A stretch of 28,344 nucleotides of DNA from an uncultured archaeon (GTDB lineage: Archaea; Asgardarchaeota; Hermodarchaeia; Hermodarchaeales; Hermodarchaeaceae). Position 1 is the first letter of the stretch; the number at the start of each line of letters is the position of its first letter. The stretch covers positions 27,901-56,244 of the forward strand of contig CAYFXC010000014.1 in assembly GCA_964347045.1 (NCBI GenBank), written 5' to 3'. Made by a program: the position numbers and the translations under genes. Of the stretch, positions 24,104 to 28,344 are shown piece by piece. A model generated the notes under the pieces. That model saw only the letters and a list, made by a program, of their open reading frames with translations, ran no database searches and was not told the origin of the DNA.

Positions 24104-27100
24104 CTAGTTGCGGCTTTGAAGATGTGGATCCAGCACAGTCTGAATTGGCTTGTCATTGAAGTGCTTCTCCAACCGCTCGTAATTCCACCCTAGGGGAGTC
24201 AGGAGTGAGTCAGCTGCGCGAAGGAGCAGCTCGGTATACTTGCCCTTATCGTAGTGGGCCGCTGTTGAGGTCTGTGGCAACGCAACGCGACGCAATGGGT
24301 GTCGTGACTGGGCATCAGTATGGACGTAGCGGACAGGTTGTCCTGGTTGGATGTCGTGACCGTAGCGAATGGCTAGTTCAGCGGCAATGGCTTGACTACA
24401 TTGTTGCTGGTATTCGCCTGGAGACCGGCTGATGTTTTGTGTGATGACCAACTCTTCCGTAGCCACGTCTCCACTGTGTAGGCGGTCTAGGTATTGTTTG
24501 ACAATGTCTAGGAGCTGAGGGAGCATCTCCTGCATTTCGTCAACGTCTTCCGCCCCGGCGAGGCAGGTTAACAGATCCAATTGAAGCTGCTTGATGAGGG
24601 GCGGAGTATCCCGGCGTCGGAGCTCGATGCCCCGTACCTTGATAGTGCCATCTTCTTTGACGCCGCAGTAGCGGGTGAGGGCACCGTAGGGCTGGTTGCG
24701 GCAGGGCAGGAACATGATCCAGCGATAGCGTCCTTCAAATTCCATTGGTAGCCCAGTTGCATCCTGAATGGCGTCACCCACCGCCATGTAGTCCTCGACA
24801 GTGGCTCCGGGTTTTTGGAGCCAGACACAATCGACAATACCATGAAGCACCTGGAACCCCTTCCGTTCGCAAACAGCTTTGGTCTCTAACAGAACACGCC
24901 GGCTGAACGCAGTGACACACTCATAGGCTTCAACCCGACCAAACCGTGACGCCCGAAAGCCTAGATAACCGAAGCAGTTGTGTGTAAAAATTCCACCTTT
25001 CCCCGCGGCGAATCCGGATCGGGGGCTATCTACTTCAAAGCAATATACGTACTTTGAAGAGGGTGTTACCTTAACAATCTCCATAACTTTGGCAAAACCG
25101 ATGTCACCTTCAATCAATTGATTAACGAAGACCAGTTGATCTTGATCCGTTTTAGTGAGTGTCGGTTTTTCAAGAAGCCGGGCTATTTGGGTTGTTGCGG
25201 ATACGCGGTGAGTCCTCTCGACTGAATCAATCCGTGGATTTCTGACAGTTCGATATTTTCGAGCAAGTTGTCGTAAACAGGTTTCTTGAACAGGAATTCC
25301 TCTGATTCGCGAATGTGGGCGTAGACTGGCGTTTTTACTTTGGAGAATCTGCCCATGTTTTTTCTTCAGAGAGCAGTTGGATTGAATGTTAGTCAGGCTT
25401 TGTCTTCCAGTGACGCGAAATGCATGTGTCACGCCTTTCTTCTTTGAGCGGTTCAACAGAAAATCAATGTTCAAAGTCAATGCTAAGTAGCCCAGTTGGT
25501 TGAGTAGCGTTTCGCTTTTTGTGCCTATTCGAATCACATTTCGAGTTTTTTCAATAGTTCCATCGCTTGCGATAAGTCCTGCAAGAAACTCGTATCGAAT
25601 TTCTCTCTGCGCATTAAGGATGTAGGTCGGTATTCGCAGTCGTCCTCGACGCGCGGTAGGTCCAATTAAGAACGCCTTTTCGAATAATTCGACGAGTGCG
25701 ATGCTATTGATCTGTATCACGTACATGTCTGCCTGTGGTTCCTTACGGGCACGTGTATTCATACCAAAAATCGTTGAAATGATTTGTTCGAGTTTCTTGA
25801 GGAGAGCAACATCTTCAACATTGACATCAAGCCGAATCACATTCTTGGTTGCACTTCCATCTCCTACAAAGAAGCCCAATAGAAATGCTAGATCTCCATC
25901 AAGTGGTACTGTGGCAGGAATCCATTGAACCAGTCCACCGTTGCGTCGTCCTCGTCCTATTTGCAGCTGTTGGTGTTTTTCTACAGAGAGGTTAAGCAAC
26001 TTGAAATATCTAAGTGGGATGTAGCCTTCTCGTTGCCAATAAGTGAACGCTTGGGGAGTATGACTACCCTGAGACAGAGCCGACATGATTGTTTTACGAT
26101 GCTCAGTGATGGCTTTTCTTAAAATTGAGCCTCGGACCCTCCACGTATCTAGGGTGTTCTCAGAAAGCTGCTTAAGAAGGATTTCAATGAAGTCGAATTG
26201 ATAATGTGTCGAGTTTGAGGGAACCGATAGCATTACGGGTAGAAAATCGCCGCCTTTGAGGTGTCTGGTTTCTCTAACTACCAACTGACCATTATCGAGA
26301 ACATAGGATGGGTGGTCTGGGGTAAGAGTGATCTCCCTACCTCCCTCCAACTTGACTTTGAGAAGAGTATCTGGTGCATTAAGCTTGAAGAATCGCTTCA
26401 CCGGGACAAAGGTTGCCTTGTATTGCTGATCCAATCCGATCACTTGGACATCAACATTACAAGGTTGTATGCTAGGCGACGTAAGATGTTGATCGATAAA
26501 CTTTCCAATCTTAACAAGTTGTAGATTACCATTGATTTTCACTGGTACTATCTCGTCTGAATCTAAACACACAACTAGCAACCATTTCAGCGCGGCTTGT
26601 CGGGCTTCGTAGACGGGGTTGTCACGGCGGTGTTGTTTGTAGTAGGTACGCTTTTCCAGGATGGGTTTGAGGAAGGTGGGGACGATTCCAGTGTGGCGTC
26701 GACAGAGCCAGTAGCCTAGCTCGGGTACCACGGTGGCATCGTCAAGGCAGCAGTCACAGAACAGGGCTTCGGGGGAGATGTTGTATTTCACCATCAGGGC
26801 AGGGTACATGGAGAGGAAGTCGAGTTCACCCACATCAGTGAATACACCCACGCGTGGTGTAATGACGTGGCCTCCGCGGTCGGCGTTGAGGAGTTCGATG
26901 CCGGTCTTGTATTGTTCGGGATCGGCTTTGGTTTCTGGAATCAAGACACCTCGGTTGAGGGCTTCTTGCATCTGGAGCATGTTGATGCCGGTGCCTGGGC
27001 TGCTTCGAGCCATGCGTTGGGGTGGAAAGGCGGTGAGTCGGCTCGCTTCGATGAGGCCCTCAAAGGTGCCAAAGGTCATGTGTGACCGATCCAGGTGCAG

Positions 27101-27904
27101 GCGCCCACGCAGATGGAAGGGGTGAGGGCGATAGAAGACGGGGCCTCCATATCGGAACACGGCGCGACCTGCCGGTAGAGCCTTGTCACTGAAGACGTGG
27201 GGAGTTTGGTCTCGGTTCAGCGAGAATTGGCGCAGCATTCCTGCCTCTTGGATGCGTTGAATGAGGAAGGGAAAGACGCGAGAGTCGCCGTCCTCGGTGA
27301 AGATGATATCGGGGTTTTGGGTGGTGATCCAGTCTTGAAGCATCATGGGTTCGGTGGTCTGTAAACTGTCACCTTTCGAACTGGAGGCGCAGAACAAATC
27401 CTCCCCTTCGAGGCGGAGGTCCACGGTATCAAAGGGAGGAAGCTCATAGTCGAGAGCCGTGCGTGAGTCGCAGGAACCGATGTGGGTGACACGGGTCCCC
27501 AACTTATCCGTGTGGACCTCCACCTGTTCAAAGGGGTAGCGCCGCTGCTCTAGATACCACAGCTGCGTCGCAGAGAGATCACCGTTGAAGACGCGAAAAC
27601 GGGGAACGGCGAGGGCTTTGATTTCGCGGACGACACGGGCTAGTTGGGTGCAGGAGGAGACTGTTATGGCGAGCACCGGACGTCGTGTGCCCCGCAACTG
27701 CAGCCTATGAAACTCCGGGGTCACAGCACTTACCATGGGGTGACTCTCCAACAGCGGCGCATAGTCCTCAAATTGGACGCCCGGCGCATACAAGTAGAAC
27801 CGTGGCTGATACGGCACCTCCAACGACACACAATCGGTGACCGTCCGTAACCACAGAACCAGATGGTCGGATCGGGGGGTGACGTCGAGGATCCAGCCAC
27901 GCAT
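24104..27904 (-). CDS. polB2: Family B DNA polymerase, PolB2 group, intein-containing (about 735 aa after splicing)
   Basis: N-terminus MRGWILDV; motif A DFLSMYP...NISPE; CDCC..C insert; motif B KWLLVV|CFGY; PolB2-type motif C HGIVDC in place of YGDTDS; KVRGIE.RRRD; PIP-like QTVLDPHL at the C-terminus; exonuclease motifs not recognisable. Confidence 0.9.
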   Translation of the reverse strand: MRGWILDVTPRSDHLVLWLRTVTDCVSLEVPYQPRFYLYAPGVQFEDYAPLLESHPMVSAVTPEFHRLQLRGTRRPVLAITVSSCTQLARVVREIKALAVPRFRVFNGDLSATQLWYLEQRRYPFEQVEVHTDKLGTRVTHIGSCDSRTALDYELPPFDTVDLRLEGEDLFCASSSKGDSLQTTEPMMLQDWITTQNPDIIFTEDGDSRVFPFLIQRIQEAGMLRQFSLNRDQTPHVFSDKALPAGRAVFRYGGPVFYRPHPFHLRGRLHLDRSHMTFGTFEGLIEASRLTAFPPQRMARSSPGTGINMLQMQEALNRGVLIPETKADPEQYKTGIELLNADRGGHVITPRVGVFTDVGELDFLSMYPALMVKYNISPEALFCDCCLDDATVVPELGYWLCRRHTGIVPTFLKPILEKRTYYKQHRRDNPVYEARQAALKWLLVVCLDSDEIVPVKINGNLQLVKIGKFIDQHLTSPSIQPCNVDVQVIGLDQQYKATFVPVKRFFKLNAPDTLLKVKLEGGREITLTPDHPSYVLDNGQLVVRETRHLKGGDFLPVMLSVPSNSTHYQFDFIEILLKQLSENTLDTWRVRGSILRKAITEHRKTIMSALSQGSHTPQAFTYWQREGYIPLRYFKLLNLSVEKHQQLQIGRGRRNGGLVQWIPATVPLDGDLAFLLGFFVGDGSATKNVIRLDVNVEDVALLKKLEQIISTIFGMNTRARKEPQADMYVIQINSIALVELFEKAFLIGPTARRGRLRIPTYILNAQREIRYEFLAGLIASDGTIEKTRNVIRIGTKSETLLNQLGYLALTLNIDFLLNRSKKKGVTHAFRVTGRQSLTNIQSNCSLKKKHGQILQSKNASLRPHSRIRGIPVQETCLRQLARKYRTVRNPRIDSVERTHRVSATTQIARLLEKPTLTKTDQDQLVFVNQLIEGDIGFAKVMEIVKVTPSSKYVYCFEVDSPRSGFAAGKGGIFTHNCFGYLGFRASRFGRVEAYECVTAFSRRVLLETKAVCERKGFQVLHGIVDCVWLQKPGATVEDYMAVGDAIQDATGLPMEFEGRYRWIMFLPCRNQPYGALTRYCGVKEDGTIKVRGIELRRRDTPPLIKQLQLDLLTCLAGAEDVDEMQEMLPQLLDIVKQYLDRLHSGDVATEELVITQNISRSPGEYQQQCSQAIAAELAIRYGHDIQPGQPVRYVHTDAQSRHPLRRVALPQTSTAAHYDKGKYTELLLRAADSLLTPLGWNYERLEKHFNDKPIQTVLDPHLQSRN
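24977..26569 (-). mobile_element. Intein (531 aa) with LAGLIDADG homing endonuclease, inserted in PolB2 motif B
   Basis: Block A CLDSDE, block B TLTPDHP, LAGLIDADG blocks LLGFFVGDG and FLAGLIASDG, block F VYCFEV, block G THN followed by Cys+1. Removal restores KWLLVVCFGYLG. Confidence 0.95.
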
Positions 27905-27946
27905 TGTCAGTCGAGACGAAGTTCCAAAGTGCCTACTTAAACCTGT

Positions 27947-27960
27947 CACATCATATGCAA
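27947..27960 (-). promoter_or_regulatory. Candidate regulatory motif TTGCANNTGANNTG just upstream of a TATA-like TTTAAG of polB2
   Basis: Minus strand reads TTGCAtaTGAtgTG-acagg-TTTAAG, with the motif ending 42 nt before ATG 27904. Confidence 0.35.
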
Positions 27961-28261
27961 AAGAAACACCGCCAACGCATAGTTTGCGGGGGATTTTTTG
28001 TACTAGCAAATTCTTATTCGAGAATGTGAATTGCTTTGAATTAAGTGAACTGCTCTCTGTTTTACTTCAAACAACGCATTCTACAGGCTTTCGCGGTTAG
28101 GAGAATCAGTTTTGAATAACATATGTAGAACCTATGCGAGGTCACAAAGAGGTCACACCTCTTCGTGGAGGATAAATATGAAAAAACTTTCTGGATACAG
28201 CCGTTCTAACACTTTTTTAGAGGGGTTTTGATTTGATGCACCAAAAAATAGGGGCTCTATT

Positions 28262-28344
28262 TTACTCTGGCACTTCAAGTGTGTAGAGCATCAGATGAAG
28301 TAGGTACTCAACCAGCTTGTCATCACTGGGGAATAATTGGACTC
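28262..28344 (-). CDS. Probable 3' end of a gene entering from beyond the window (partial, unknown)
   Basis: Open frame VQLFPSDDKLVEYLLHLMLYTLEVPE* ending at TAA 28264-28262, followed by a T-run on the minus strand. Confidence 0.35.
   Translation of the reverse strand, partial: VQLFPSDDKLVEYLLHLMLYTLEVPE

Noticed and set aside
14935-27904. A single mobile element (casposon/pipolin/provirus) bounded by the PolB2-partner gene and polB2
   Set aside because: No integrase, Cas1, capsid gene or terminal repeats were seen; the polymerase is PolB2-type, not protein-primed or primer-independent; and the intervening genes are ordinary metabolic genes.
27905-28009. 35-aa N-terminal extension of PolB2 from the ORF track
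   Set aside because: PolB2-like sequence begins at MRGWILDV, and the extension spans the TATA-like element and the upstream motif.
24205-28100. Several short plus-strand and alternate-frame ORFs within polB2
   Set aside because: They are shadow ORFs of a GC-rich coding region and carry no motifs.

Overview
Gene-dense archaeal chromosomal window of about 40-45% GC (sampled lines), most likely from an Asgard archaeon. That assignment is an inference from a Rab-like GTPase with WDLAGQ, a longin-like protein and IPGFP-type C-terminal sorting signals. In order, the window holds: a GOLD-like type I membrane protein and a Rab-like GTPase with a long acidic Pro/Glu linker; a divergent pair of FN3-stalked surface proteins (one a metallophosphoesterase) upstream of an AfuABC/FbpABC-type ABC importer; an acetoacetate-decarboxylase-like protein lacking the canonical Schiff-base Lys; a small PolB2-partner gene (arCOG07300/PPB2-like); a membrane-anchored serine hydrolase; a longin-like protein; a nitroreductase; a stand-alone Lrp ligand-binding domain; DsrE with a pyridine nucleotide-disulfide oxidoreductase; a class I/II aminotransferase; a membrane protein plus EEP-family hydrolase pair (split CWH43/PGAP2IP-like architecture); and a PolB2-family DNA polymerase carrying a 531-aa LAGLIDADG intein. 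Three observations stand out. (1) An unannotated, synonymously diverged pseudo-copy of the aminotransferase 3' end at 23939-24071 brackets the membrane+EEP cassette, a likely scar of homology-driven gene acquisition. (2) The GC-rich PolB2 and partner genes are dispersed but share an upstream TTGCANNTGANNTG motif at nearly the same distance from their starts. (3) A full homing-endonuclease intein sits in PolB2 motif B, one residue off the canonical pol-b site. No rRNA, tRNA, CRISPR array or transposase was recognised.
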